A stretch of 64,000 nt of DNA from Minisyncoccota bacterium. Its GTDB lineage: Bacteria > Patescibacteriota > Minisyncoccia > RBG-13-40-8-A. Below are positions 48,350 through 58,402 of this stretch, piece by piece (position 1 is the stretch's first letter; every line of letters begins with the position of its first letter). The translations under genes were made by a program, and so were the position numbers. The notes under the pieces were generated by a model. It saw only the letters and a list, made by a program, of their open reading frames with translations. It ran no database searches and was not told where the DNA came from. The stretch lies in contig DATKZC010000025.1 in the NCBI GenBank assembly GCA_035528175.1, positions 431 to 64,430 on the forward strand. Reading direction: 5' to 3'.

Positions 48350-48975
48350 TGGGTAAGAATTTTATTGGCCTAAAAGAGCTAAATAAAATTAGCCATTATT
48401 TTAAAATCTCAAACCTTCCCAGGTCTGGTCGTTCAATACCCGACGTTCCCTTTAATTTGAACTATTTAAAAAAAGTTCGCAAAGATTATATATTAATCTT
48501 GGGAATACCAAAAGATAGACAAGACCAAAAATTAACCATAAATAATCTACGTTTAAAATTCGGCTATAACCCATTTAAATCTGAGCCTTGTTTCTATAAC
48601 CAGGACTGGTATTTAAAAGAAAAATTCGCAAAAAATACTACGCTTGAATTCAAATGGTATCTTATAAAAAAGACTGTTGACCAAAATACGCGCGGTAAAA
48701 ATCCTGAAAATATCATAAGAACTTTAAAAGGCAACGAAATATTTCCATCTGCTATTCTCGCTGCCTTCACATTTTTTGCTTATTATCTCTTGAATCACGG
48801 TGAAATCTTATGGAAACATGATTTTATCTGGTGTTCCGATAAAGACAAAAACAATGACAGAATTTATACTGGCCGCTACATTGACCCAAAAAAGATTAAT
48901 AAGAATGGATTTAATATCCATAGACATCTTTCTATCCGTCCCTGCTACGGATTGGTTCCTCAAATAAAATATTAA
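48307..48975 (+). CDS. Hypothetical protein
   Basis: 222-aa ORF within the operon; no recognised motif. Confidence 0.7.
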   Translation: MAREKTGFEKIKKIMGKNFIGLKELNKISHYFKISNLPRSGRSIPDVPFNLNYLKKVRKDYILILGIPKDRQDQKLTINNLRLKFGYNPFKSEPCFYNQDWYLKEKFAKNTTLEFKWYLIKKTVDQNTRGKNPENIIRTLKGNEIFPSAILAAFTFFAYYLLNHGEILWKHDFIWCSDKDKNNDRIYTGRYIDPKKINKNGFNIHRHLSIRPCYGLVPQIKY

Positions 48976-48999
48976 TATTGATTAAGTCAATTAATAATT

Positions 49000-49689
49000 A
49001 TGAAAGACACAATTCTTTGGAATAAAGAGAGCGATAACTACACAAAAAGAGCTAAAATATCTTATGAGGATTTATATAATAGAAAAATAGATTATGATGA
49101 TGTCGAAAAACTTACAAAAATATTACCAACCAGAATTAAAACCATTTTAGATATTGGTTGTGGATTTGGAGGGTTTACAGGAAAATTAGCTGAAAAATTT
49201 CCTCGCGCAAAAATAATTGGCATTGATCCGGGAAAAAGAACAATTGCTTTGGCTAAAAATAAATTTAAAAAATATAAAAATTTGTCTTTCTATGTTGGGC
49301 ATTCACACAAAATAAATCTTAATGAGGAACAATTTGATTTAGTTATTCTAAGAATGGTTTTTCAATGGATTCCTAGAAAATATTTATTTAAAACAATCGC
49401 AGAAATTGATAAATTATGTAAAAATTTTATATTTATTAAAGAGTTTTATCCTGCCATTCCATCAAGCTCAAAATCTATTCATGATAAAAAAATTAAAATA
49501 TTCAAAGAAGATTACGCAAAAATTTTTATTAGCGTTCCGTGGTATAAATTAATATATAAAAAAATTCAGGATAAAAAATATGGGGATAGTTTTCAAAGAG
49601 GAGATTTTTTAATCCAAAAATTTTCTATTTCTAAATCATATATTTACAAAAAGGCCGTCCAAGAAAAAGATAAAAAAACGCAAAAATAA
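49000..49689 (+). CDS. Class I SAM-dependent methyltransferase
   Basis: ILDIGCGFG, GIDP, FDLV. Confidence 0.88.
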   Translation: MKDTILWNKESDNYTKRAKISYEDLYNRKIDYDDVEKLTKILPTRIKTILDIGCGFGGFTGKLAEKFPRAKIIGIDPGKRTIALAKNKFKKYKNLSFYVGHSHKINLNEEQFDLVILRMVFQWIPRKYLFKTIAEIDKLCKNFIFIKEFYPAIPSSSKSIHDKKIKIFKEDYAKIFISVPWYKLIYKKIQDKKYGDSFQRGDFLIQKFSISKSYIYKKAVQEKDKKTQK

Positions 49690-49691
49690 AT

Positions 49692-50450
49692 ATGATTACA
49701 GCAATTATCCAAGCCAGAATGGGTTCTACAAGATTGCCCGGCAAAGTACTGAAAAAAATAAAAGGCAAAACCCTGCTGGAAATACTCGTAGAAAGATTAA
49801 GACAGGCAAAAAAAATAGATCAAATTATCATTGCCACCAGCACTGACAAAAAAAATTCGGCCATTGTTAAATTGGCAAAAAAAATAAATTGCTCTTATTT
49901 TATCGGAAATGAAAATGATGTCCTAGATAGAATTTACCAGACCGCTAAAAAATTCAAAGCGCAAACAATTATCAGAGTTACTGCCGATTGCCCATTCCAC
50001 GATCCTGAATTAATAGACCAAATGGTCAATTTTTATTTGAAAAATAAGGATAAATACGATTATGTAAGCAATGTCGACCCGCCAAGCTTTCCTGACGGAC
50101 TAGATCTCTGGATTATCCCCTTCAAAACTCTAGAGCGCACATGGAAAGAAGCAAAACTAACATCAGAAAGAGAGCATGTCTGCCCATACATCTGGAAAAA
50201 TCCTCACTTATTTAAAATCGGGCATTTTGAATCGAAAAAAGATTACTCCCATTTAAGATGGACTGTGGATGATATCGGCGATTTCAATTTTATTAAAAAA
50301 ATCTACGAAAAACTTTACAAAAAAGGAAAAATTTTCCACATGAAAGATATATTAGATTTATTAAAAAAACACCCAGAATTGCATAAAGCCCAAGAAGGAA
50401 AAATTAGAGATGCGGGATATTTAAAATCAATTAAAAACGATAAAAAATAA
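49692..50450 (+). CDS. Acylneuraminate cytidylyltransferase (SpsF/PseF family)
   Basis: IIQARMGSTRLPGKVL, R.TADCP, REHV, RWTVD. Confidence 0.9.
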   Translation: MITAIIQARMGSTRLPGKVLKKIKGKTLLEILVERLRQAKKIDQIIIATSTDKKNSAIVKLAKKINCSYFIGNENDVLDRIYQTAKKFKAQTIIRVTADCPFHDPELIDQMVNFYLKNKDKYDYVSNVDPPSFPDGLDLWIIPFKTLERTWKEAKLTSEREHVCPYIWKNPHLFKIGHFESKKDYSHLRWTVDDIGDFNFIKKIYEKLYKKGKIFHMKDILDLLKKHPELHKAQEGKIRDAGYLKSIKNDKK

Positions 50451-50454
50451 AATC

Positions 50455-51321
50455 ATGAAAGAAAGACTTCCTATCAGCATAATTATCCGCGCCATAAATG
50501 AAGAATCGAACATTTCTGATTGCATTAAAGCGTGCAAAGACAACAATCCTGAAGAAATTATTGTTGTTGATGGCGGCTCAAAGGATAAAACGCGAGAAAT
50601 AGCGCAGCAATGCGGAGCAAAAGTAGTAATTTCCGAACGCGGACTCTCTAATCAAAGAGATGCCGGCGTAAAAGCTGCTTCCTGTCCGTATATAGCCATT
50701 GTAGACGCTGATGACCGCTTAAAAGAAGACTGCCTGGAAAAGTTGCTTAAAGAAATAAGAGAAAACGATTACGACGCAATCCAAGCGCAACTGCGCAATT
50801 TCTACAAATGGTACGGCAATGAAGAAAAACAAGCAACATATCTTGAACGGGCAATGGATGTTAATCTTAGAATAATCCGCTCTCAAATCGGCCCTACAAC
50901 AATGGTTGGCAGGCCAGCGCTCTATAAAACAAGTTCACTAAAAGCTGTTCCCATGGATCCCCTGTTCCAGGACGCGTCCGAAGATTCAGACCTTTCGTAC
51001 AGATTCCATCAAAATGGATTCAAACAAGGAATAGGCACTGGAGTTTCTTACAGAAAACATCTTTCTAGTTTCAGAAAAGCCGTCAAAAAATACATTTTAA
51101 GCGGAAAGGGAGAAGCTTTATTTACTTTCCGCCATCCGGAAAGATTGTTCGCAACGCTCAAGCACGAGCTTTATGTGTATCCGATTAAAAGATCATTTAA
51201 AGCAATTCGCAATGGTTATATGTTTTATGCTCCGTTTTTCGTCTTGGTTGGCTGGTGCCGTTTCTTCGGTTTTATTAAAACAAAAATAAAGTTTCTTCTT
51301 AAGGGAAAACCTAGATTATGA
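50455..51321 (+). CDS. Glycosyltransferase family 2
   Basis: SIII...NEE, VVDGGSKD, VDADD, ED. Confidence 0.9.
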   Translation: MKERLPISIIIRAINEESNISDCIKACKDNNPEEIIVVDGGSKDKTREIAQQCGAKVVISERGLSNQRDAGVKAASCPYIAIVDADDRLKEDCLEKLLKEIRENDYDAIQAQLRNFYKWYGNEEKQATYLERAMDVNLRIIRSQIGPTTMVGRPALYKTSSLKAVPMDPLFQDASEDSDLSYRFHQNGFKQGIGTGVSYRKHLSSFRKAVKKYILSGKGEALFTFRHPERLFATLKHELYVYPIKRSFKAIRNGYMFYAPFFVLVGWCRFFGFIKTKIKFLLKGKPRL

Positions 51322-52739
51322 AAATAGCTTTTATACAAAAAAGAACTTATGAAAAAATTGGCGTTCACCAAATTTCTGGCTGCCTGAAAAACGCCAACAA
51401 AGATTTTATAATTGATATTTTTATCGAAGAACTTGAACCTAATTTCTACGATAAAATTGCCACATTTAAGCCAGATTTTGTGCTCTACAGCCTTTTTATC
51501 GGCGAAGAATCATTCGTCTTGGAAGCATTTTCGAAAATAAAAGAATTCTTGCCCCAAGTTAAAACAATTATTGGCGGGCCATTCACGCTTGTTTTTCCAG
51601 AAATTGCCAAAAGAGACGAAGTTGATTTTGTAATCCGAGGTGACGGAGAATATTCTCTTCCCCTCTTTTTTAAATTATATGAGGACAAAAAATCTCTTCA
51701 TGAGGTTCCAGGAATATATTTCATACAAGAAGACGGAACTCTATTTAAAAATGACAATATCCGATTAACTTCTGATTTAAAAAACATTCCTGACCCGGAT
51801 CGAGATCTATATTACAAATACGAATCGCTACGTAATCAAGACACTAAAGGTTTTATCGCTTCGCGCGGATGCCCTTATAACTGTACTTATTGTTATAATG
51901 CCGAGCTTAAAAAGTTTTATACAGAGTCTTATTGGCGCCTCAGAGACCAAGAAGCGGTACTCAGGGAAATCGAATACGTCAAAAACAAATACGGCCTGAA
52001 ATGGGTTCATTTCCACGATGGTACGTTCAATTCGAGTATCGAATGGTTGAAGTCATTCCTTGTAGAATATAAAAAACGCGGCTTGCCACCTTTTCTCTGT
52101 AATTGCAGGGTAGAAAATATAAATGAGGAATCAGTATCTCTAATGAAACAGGCCGGTTGCGAGAGGATTACTTTTGGAATACAATCTGGCAACCAATATA
52201 TCAGGGAAGATATTTCTGGAAGGCATATGCCGGACAAACAAATAGAAGATGCTTTCGCGCTATGTAAAAAATATAACATCCGAGTTGGTGCAGATATTAT
52301 TTTTGGTTGGCCAGGAGAAACCATGGAACAAGCGATGGATACGATAAATATGTGCAGAAAAATCAAACCTGATACTTGCCATTCTAATGTACTTATTCCC
52401 TATCCTGGACTCTGGATTACTAAAAGAGCGATAAAAGAAGGATTTTTGGAACACGAACCGACTTTCAAAGAAATCAGAGAACTAGACAGCAATAAATCAT
52501 TAATAAAGCAAAAAAATATCAGATTGTTAATCAATATGGATAAACTTTTTAATTATTTGATACAATTTCCGTTTATAGAAAAGTTTTTCAAATTTTTACT
52601 GCACCTGCCTCCCAATAAGTTTTTCAAGTTTTTAAAAAATTTACATCTTTTAAAAAGAAGTTTAAAATATGATTCTGACGACTTTTTATCGTCACTCAAA
52701 ATTATTAGAAACTACATACAGCATTATAATGACGCTTAA
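51318..52739 (+). CDS. B12-binding domain radical SAM protein
   Basis: IIGGP, D.VIRGDGE, SRGCPYNCTYC, GIQSG, G.PGET, PYPG. Confidence 0.9.
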   Translation: MKIAFIQKRTYEKIGVHQISGCLKNANKDFIIDIFIEELEPNFYDKIATFKPDFVLYSLFIGEESFVLEAFSKIKEFLPQVKTIIGGPFTLVFPEIAKRDEVDFVIRGDGEYSLPLFFKLYEDKKSLHEVPGIYFIQEDGTLFKNDNIRLTSDLKNIPDPDRDLYYKYESLRNQDTKGFIASRGCPYNCTYCYNAELKKFYTESYWRLRDQEAVLREIEYVKNKYGLKWVHFHDGTFNSSIEWLKSFLVEYKKRGLPPFLCNCRVENINEESVSLMKQAGCERITFGIQSGNQYIREDISGRHMPDKQIEDAFALCKKYNIRVGADIIFGWPGETMEQAMDTINMCRKIKPDTCHSNVLIPYPGLWITKRAIKEGFLEHEPTFKEIRELDSNKSLIKQKNIRLLINMDKLFNYLIQFPFIEKFFKFLLHLPPNKFFKFLKNLHLLKRSLKYDSDDFLSSLKIIRNYIQHYNDA

Positions 52740-52742
52740 TTT

Positions 52743-54368
52743 ATGAAAACAATAAAAAATATTTTATTTTTAAATCCGCCCGATCCTTCTTTATTGAAAC
52801 AAAATTCTAAAAAGATTAATTGTCCATATTTTGAACCTCCATTGGGATTGCTTTATGTTTATTCATTTATAAAAAGAAACAAAAAAGATTTGTCAGTCCG
52901 TTTTTGCGATCTGAATATAGAAATGGGCTTTAAGGGCGCAAAAACTCTTGAGGAGGCAATTAAACGCTCAATGGATAATTTTGCTCCCGACCTTGTTTGT
53001 GTGTCGGCCCTATATTATTCGGCAATTTCCATTTTTCATTCCACGGTAAAGGAAGTTAAAAAACTGGCGCCTGGTGTTTTGGTTGTATTGGGGGGGCACT
53101 ATGCGACTCATTTGACAAATATGGCAATGAAAGACGAATTAATTGACTTTTGCGTCCTTTCCGAGGGCGAAATCGGGCTGTCGGACTTAATTGACGCTCT
53201 TAACTCTGAAAAAAATCTTGAAGAAATAGAAGGTTTAGCCTATAGAAAAAACAATGAAATAATCAGGAAACCGCGCAATAATTTTTGGAGCGGATACAGC
53301 GATTTTGACACGCTGGAATGGAATGACTTGGAAATGGAATACTATTTCAAAGAAGGCAGAAACGTATTCGACAGATTCGAAAATAGAAATCAGAGAAAGT
53401 TTGCGGCAATGACTGCCACGCGCGGATGCCCGAATGCCTGCATTTTTTGCTCTTCAAAAAATTTCTGGCACAGAAATTGGAGAAAGAGAAAAATACCCAA
53501 AATCATAGATGAGGTAAAATTCCTAATTAATAATTATGGCGCAAACACGATTATTTTCAATGATGAAAACATGAGCGTAGACAAAGATTGGTTCTTCGAA
53601 TTAATGGATGAATTAGAAAAATTAAAAATTACCTGGATAGCAGGCAGCGGTCTCTCAGTAAGAACTATCAACGACGAAAAAGTGATTAAAAAAATGTATT
53701 CAAGCGGTATAGGATATTTTAATCTGGCCATTGAATCAAGTAGCGACGAATCACTAAAAAAATTACAGAAACCGAGTTCAATCGAAGAAATAAAAAACGT
53801 GATTAAAATGATTAGGGAAAACGGCAATGGTTATGTTAACGGGTTTTTTATAACCGGATTTCCGTTTGAAGCAAAAAAAGACGTAATTTATACTTATGAT
53901 TTTGCCCGCTCGCTCGGGCTGGATTGGTATTCTTTTTATTGCCTGCAACCATTCCCAGGAACCGAAATCCATAATTATTGCCTAGAAAATAAATTAATAG
54001 AAGCGTTTGATATAAACTATGGAGAAAATTATTTTGCTCCAGATATGAAACATTTGGATTATACTTCTGAAGAATTGAACAAATTGAACTATATAGCCAA
54101 CTTAAAATACAATTTTGTCGAAAATCGCAACTTAAAAATGAATACGGAAAAATCTCTCCAGCAGGCCGAACGCGACTTTAAATACATCCTTGATATGGTA
54201 CCCAATCATGTTTTCGCTTTTTGGGGATTATCGGAAATAGCAAGATTAAAAAATCAAGAAGACAAAAGGAAAGAATACATTGCTTTAGCGAAAAAAGCGC
54301 TTATTGAAGACAAAACTACAGACTGGCAATACTATTTAAAAGAATTTAATTTAAATATTAACCAATAA
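52743..54368 (+). CDS. B12-binding domain radical SAM protein
   Basis: PPLGLLY, GGHYAT, EGE, TRGCPNACIFC, G.P.E, PFPGT. Confidence 0.9.
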   Translation: MKTIKNILFLNPPDPSLLKQNSKKINCPYFEPPLGLLYVYSFIKRNKKDLSVRFCDLNIEMGFKGAKTLEEAIKRSMDNFAPDLVCVSALYYSAISIFHSTVKEVKKLAPGVLVVLGGHYATHLTNMAMKDELIDFCVLSEGEIGLSDLIDALNSEKNLEEIEGLAYRKNNEIIRKPRNNFWSGYSDFDTLEWNDLEMEYYFKEGRNVFDRFENRNQRKFAAMTATRGCPNACIFCSSKNFWHRNWRKRKIPKIIDEVKFLINNYGANTIIFNDENMSVDKDWFFELMDELEKLKITWIAGSGLSVRTINDEKVIKKMYSSGIGYFNLAIESSSDESLKKLQKPSSIEEIKNVIKMIRENGNGYVNGFFITGFPFEAKKDVIYTYDFARSLGLDWYSFYCLQPFPGTEIHNYCLENKLIEAFDINYGENYFAPDMKHLDYTSEELNKLNYIANLKYNFVENRNLKMNTEKSLQQAERDFKYILDMVPNHVFAFWGLSEIARLKNQEDKRKEYIALAKKALIEDKTTDWQYYLKEFNLNINQ

Positions 54369-54382
54369 ACAAATCCAAACTT

Positions 54383-55696
54383 ATGAAACCTAATCGAGGC
54401 ATCAAATTATGGAATAAAGCGAAAAAATTAATCCCTGGCGGCTCTCAGCTGCTTTCAAAGCGCGCAGAAATGTTTCTGCCAGACCAATGGCCTGCCTATT
54501 TTAAAAAATCCAAAGGCGTAAATGTCTGGGATTTAGACGGAAATAAATATCTGGACACATGGGCAAGTATTGGCGCCTGCATATTAGGCTATGCTGATCC
54601 GGATGTGAATAAAGCTGTTAAAAGAGCAATAGATGATGGTTCGGTATCTACGCTTAATTCACCAGAAGAAGTAGAACTGACAGAATTATTGTGCAAATTG
54701 CATCCCTGGGCTCAAATGGCAAGATATGCCAGAGGCGGAGGCGAAGCAATGGCAGTAGCTATTAGAATTGCCCGCGCTGCCAGCAACAAGGACAAAATAG
54801 CGTTCTGCGGTTATCATGGATGGCAGGATTGGTACCTTGCCGCAAACCTCGCTAAAGATAAAAACCTTGACGGACATCTCTTGCCTGGGCTTGAACCAAG
54901 GGGCGTACCCAGAGGGCTGAAAGGAACCGCCATCCCCTTCCATTACAACAAGATCGAGGAGCTTGAAAAAATAATTGCTCAAAATAGAGACATAGGAGTA
55001 ATTGTAATGGAACCATTAAGAGACCATGAACCACAAAACAATTTTTTACAGAAAGTCAGAAAGATTGCCGACAAAATCAATGCAGTATTGATTTTTGATG
55101 AAATAACTATTGGCTGGAGATTATGCATTGGCGGAGCGCATCTTAAATACGGAGTTAATCCCGACATTGCAGTATTCGCCAAAGGTATAAGCAATGGTTT
55201 TCCCATGGGGGCTATTATTGGCAAAAAGAAAATTATGGAAGCAGCTCAAACTAGCTTTATCAGCAGTTCTTCATGGACAGAAAGAATCGGTTTTACTGCT
55301 GCGCTGGCAACCATTAAAAAATTCATGGCTAAAAATGTTCCTGTCCATCTTAATAAAATTGGAAAAATACTTATCGTCGGCTTAAAAGAAGTTGCAAAAA
55401 AAAATGGAATAAAATTAACAATAGCCGGCCCTGCGCCATTATTCCATTTTTCTTTCGATTATGGCACGGACAGCCAGGCAATTCGCACTCTTTTTACGCA
55501 AGAAATGCTAAAAAGAGGAATTTTAGCTTCTGGTGGCGTTTATATCAGTTATAGTTTTAAAACTGAGCATGTTAAAAAATATTTAAAAGCAGCAGACAGC
55601 GTTTTTTTCTTGCTTAAAAAAGCCATTGATAAGAAAACAATTTACAGCTTATTGGAAGGACCAATTGCGCATAAACGATTTGAAAGATTAACCTAA
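54383..55696 (+). CDS. Class III aminotransferase (glutamate-1-semialdehyde aminomutase-like, glycan-cluster type)
   Basis: IPGGSQLLSKR.E.F.P..WP, GYHGW.DW, FDEI..GWR, AKGI.NG. Confidence 0.88.
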   Translation: MKPNRGIKLWNKAKKLIPGGSQLLSKRAEMFLPDQWPAYFKKSKGVNVWDLDGNKYLDTWASIGACILGYADPDVNKAVKRAIDDGSVSTLNSPEEVELTELLCKLHPWAQMARYARGGGEAMAVAIRIARAASNKDKIAFCGYHGWQDWYLAANLAKDKNLDGHLLPGLEPRGVPRGLKGTAIPFHYNKIEELEKIIAQNRDIGVIVMEPLRDHEPQNNFLQKVRKIADKINAVLIFDEITIGWRLCIGGAHLKYGVNPDIAVFAKGISNGFPMGAIIGKKKIMEAAQTSFISSSSWTERIGFTAALATIKKFMAKNVPVHLNKIGKILIVGLKEVAKKNGIKLTIAGPAPLFHFSFDYGTDSQAIRTLFTQEMLKRGILASGGVYISYSFKTEHVKKYLKAADSVFFLLKKAIDKKTIYSLLEGPIAHKRFERLT

Positions 55697-55701
55697 TTTT
55701 T

Positions 55702-57234
55702 ATGGATGAATTCATAAGAAAAAACAAAGCATTTTGGTCCCAATTCAAGACCAAGCACGGAGAGAAAAAATTGCTTATTGAGGAACCCGGCCGTGTGATG
55801 ATTACGCATGCGAATGCGGTTTTCTCAATAATGATAAACCAGGCAAAAGATTATATGCCTGTGTGGCTTTGCGGCAAAGATTGCGAAGAAAAAAAGCTAA
55901 TTTTCTCTTATTGCCCTGAAGCAGAAATTATAACCACCAAAGAATGGACGTTTATAAAAATCTATTCTGCTTTAGTCGCTTTTGTTAAATATTTAAAGAT
56001 ATATTTAACCAAAGATGTATTAGGATTCCATTACGATGGCATAAAATACGGCGACATCCTCTACGATGCTTATCTATTTGAAAACAACGTCGCAACCATA
56101 AAAAAAATAGATTTTAAAATTATAAAAATTATCGCCAAGTGCATTTTCCGCCACATTAAGATTAAAAAAACCTTAAATAGCGGTAATTATTTCGGCGTTC
56201 TAGTTTCCCATTTAACCGGCATCAGCAGCGGCGTGATGGCGCGCTGCGCCCTGCGTTATGGCTATTATGTATATGTACGCACCGGCCACCATCGTTCAAG
56301 GCTTCAATTACTAAAAGGCACAGAAAGCTCTTATGATTATCCGCTTACCGCCCATATGACTGATGTTGATAAAATTATTACCCAAGCAGGACCGAACTTA
56401 GAAAAAATATTCCAAAAAACACTGGAAGAAGAAATTATTGGCAAAGGTAATGCAAACAGCATCAATGCCTTTTCAAAAAACAGTTCTTTTTATGATAATC
56501 GTATAGTTTTTAATTCCGATTATCATCTCGACCCGAATAAAAAAAATGTGTTTATCATGTTGCATATTTTCAACGACCACCCGCATTCGCACTTTCGATG
56601 GATGCTTTTCAACGATTATTATGACTGGATGGTGCAGACGCTCAACTTTGCCAAAACAAATAATAAGGTCAATTGGATTTTTAAACAGCATCCTTCAATT
56701 AAAAATTACGTTACTAAAGGTACGGATTTAAACGAATTATTCAAAGACCTACCCCCAAATATCGCTTATATCGATGAAAACAAACAAATAAACACTCAAA
56801 GTTTAATCCATTGCGCAGATTTAATTGTCACCTGCCTTGGTTCTGCTGGTTTTGAATTGCCGGCGATGAAAGCCATTCCCTCGCTGGTTGCTGGCGACAA
56901 CCCTTATACAGGGTTAGGTTTTGCCCTTGAACCGAAAACAAAGAAAGAATATTTTCAAATACTGGAGAATGCCGATAAAATTGACAAAATCAAACCCGAA
57001 GCGCAAAAACGCGCGCAAGCAGCCTTTATTTATATCTACAAAGTTTCCAATATAAATATGTCTGTCTGCCCCATTCTGTCCCAGGCAGAAGAAAAAGACA
57101 AAAACATTAAACAGCGTTATTGGAATATGATTTGCAACCAATATGCTACGAAAAAAGATATTATTTTAAAAGAATTAAACCAATATATTCAAGAAATAGC
57201 TAAGCCAAAATTTAAAAGATTGATTAATGAATAA
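55702..57234 (+). CDS. GT-B/KpsS-like capsule biosynthesis protein
   Basis: H.F.D.PH, WIFKQHP, T..GS.G.E, IP...AG. Confidence 0.6.
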   Translation: MDEFIRKNKAFWSQFKTKHGEKKLLIEEPGRVMITHANAVFSIMINQAKDYMPVWLCGKDCEEKKLIFSYCPEAEIITTKEWTFIKIYSALVAFVKYLKIYLTKDVLGFHYDGIKYGDILYDAYLFENNVATIKKIDFKIIKIIAKCIFRHIKIKKTLNSGNYFGVLVSHLTGISSGVMARCALRYGYYVYVRTGHHRSRLQLLKGTESSYDYPLTAHMTDVDKIITQAGPNLEKIFQKTLEEEIIGKGNANSINAFSKNSSFYDNRIVFNSDYHLDPNKKNVFIMLHIFNDHPHSHFRWMLFNDYYDWMVQTLNFAKTNNKVNWIFKQHPSIKNYVTKGTDLNELFKDLPPNIAYIDENKQINTQSLIHCADLIVTCLGSAGFELPAMKAIPSLVAGDNPYTGLGFALEPKTKKEYFQILENADKIDKIKPEAQKRAQAAFIYIYKVSNINMSVCPILSQAEEKDKNIKQRYWNMICNQYATKKDIILKELNQYIQEIAKPKFKRLINE

Positions 57235-58402
57235 AAACAACATAGCCATTAGTCTTTTGCAAATTTCGCACCACAGCCCTACTGGTGTTTTTGTTTATGT
57301 TCAAAGTCTCTTGGATAATCTTTTAAAAATCGATAAAAACAATGAATATTATCTTTTGCTGAGACTTAACGATTTTAGATATTTCCGAAAAAGATACAAA
57401 AATGACAAAAATATCAAATTGAAAATCATTGATATGCGCCGCGACTTACTATTTAATCCTGTGAGGGCATGTTTAAAAATAATCGCAGGCATAAAGAAAG
57501 ACAAATCCGCAAAAGAAGAGATTTTAAGAAAAGAAATACAAAAACTTACGGATGAAAATAATATAAATATATTCTTTTTCCCTTCAGGGATTATTTATCC
57601 TAAAAACATTAAAAATACAAAGAAAATCGTTACTATCTGTGATTTACAGTATGAATATTTCCCTGAAAACTTCCCCGGAAAATATTTAAAATACAGAAAA
57701 GAAAGCCACCGATATGCTATGCTAAATTCCGACCGGATTATTGCTATTTCCAATTATACCCGCAATACCATTATTGAAAATTATGGCATTAGCCCGGAAA
57801 AAATTACCACAATTTATCTTGGCACCGACGCTAAAAAAATAAAAAAAGGTAATATTTTATTACCCAACAATTTCATCTTCTATCCAGCCGCCGTATGGCC
57901 ACACAAAAACCACAAAATACTTATTGATTTATTGAAAAAAATCGAGATCCAGTTCCCCGACCTATGTCTTGTTTTTACCGGAATGATAAAAAATCATGGT
58001 TTAAAAAAAGAAATTGATAATCTTATTAATAATTATAATTTGTCAAAAAAAATAATCTTTCTTGGATATGTCTCAGATAACAATTTAAACTGCATTTATC
58101 AAAATGCGAAAGTCTTAATCTATCCTTCTTCTTTTGAGGGTTTCGGTTTGCCAATTATAGAGGCTTTCAAACACAAATTGCCTGTTATAGCTGCTGACAA
58201 TACTAGTATTCGCGAGATTGTCGAAGACGCAGGACTGCTGTTTGAAACTAATAATCTGGAAATGCTTGCTGATTGCGTAAAAAAAATTCTCACAGACCAA
58301 AGCCTGAGAGAACATTTGATAAATAATGGTTTTGAGCGTGCGAAAAATTTTACCTGGGAAAATACCGCGCTGGAAACGCTTTCACTTTTTAATAAGCTGT
58401 AA
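57227..58402 (+). CDS. Glycosyltransferase family 4 (MtfB/WbpY-like)
   Basis: D...E.FPE.F, PHKNH, EGFGLPIIEA. Confidence 0.92.
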   Translation: MNKNNIAISLLQISHHSPTGVFVYVQSLLDNLLKIDKNNEYYLLLRLNDFRYFRKRYKNDKNIKLKIIDMRRDLLFNPVRACLKIIAGIKKDKSAKEEILRKEIQKLTDENNINIFFFPSGIIYPKNIKNTKKIVTICDLQYEYFPENFPGKYLKYRKESHRYAMLNSDRIIAISNYTRNTIIENYGISPEKITTIYLGTDAKKIKKGNILLPNNFIFYPAAVWPHKNHKILIDLLKKIEIQFPDLCLVFTGMIKNHGLKKEIDNLINNYNLSKKIIFLGYVSDNNLNCIYQNAKVLIYPSSFEGFGLPIIEAFKHKLPVIAADNTSIREIVEDAGLLFETNNLEMLADCVKKILTDQSLREHLINNGFERAKNFTWENTALETLSLFNKL

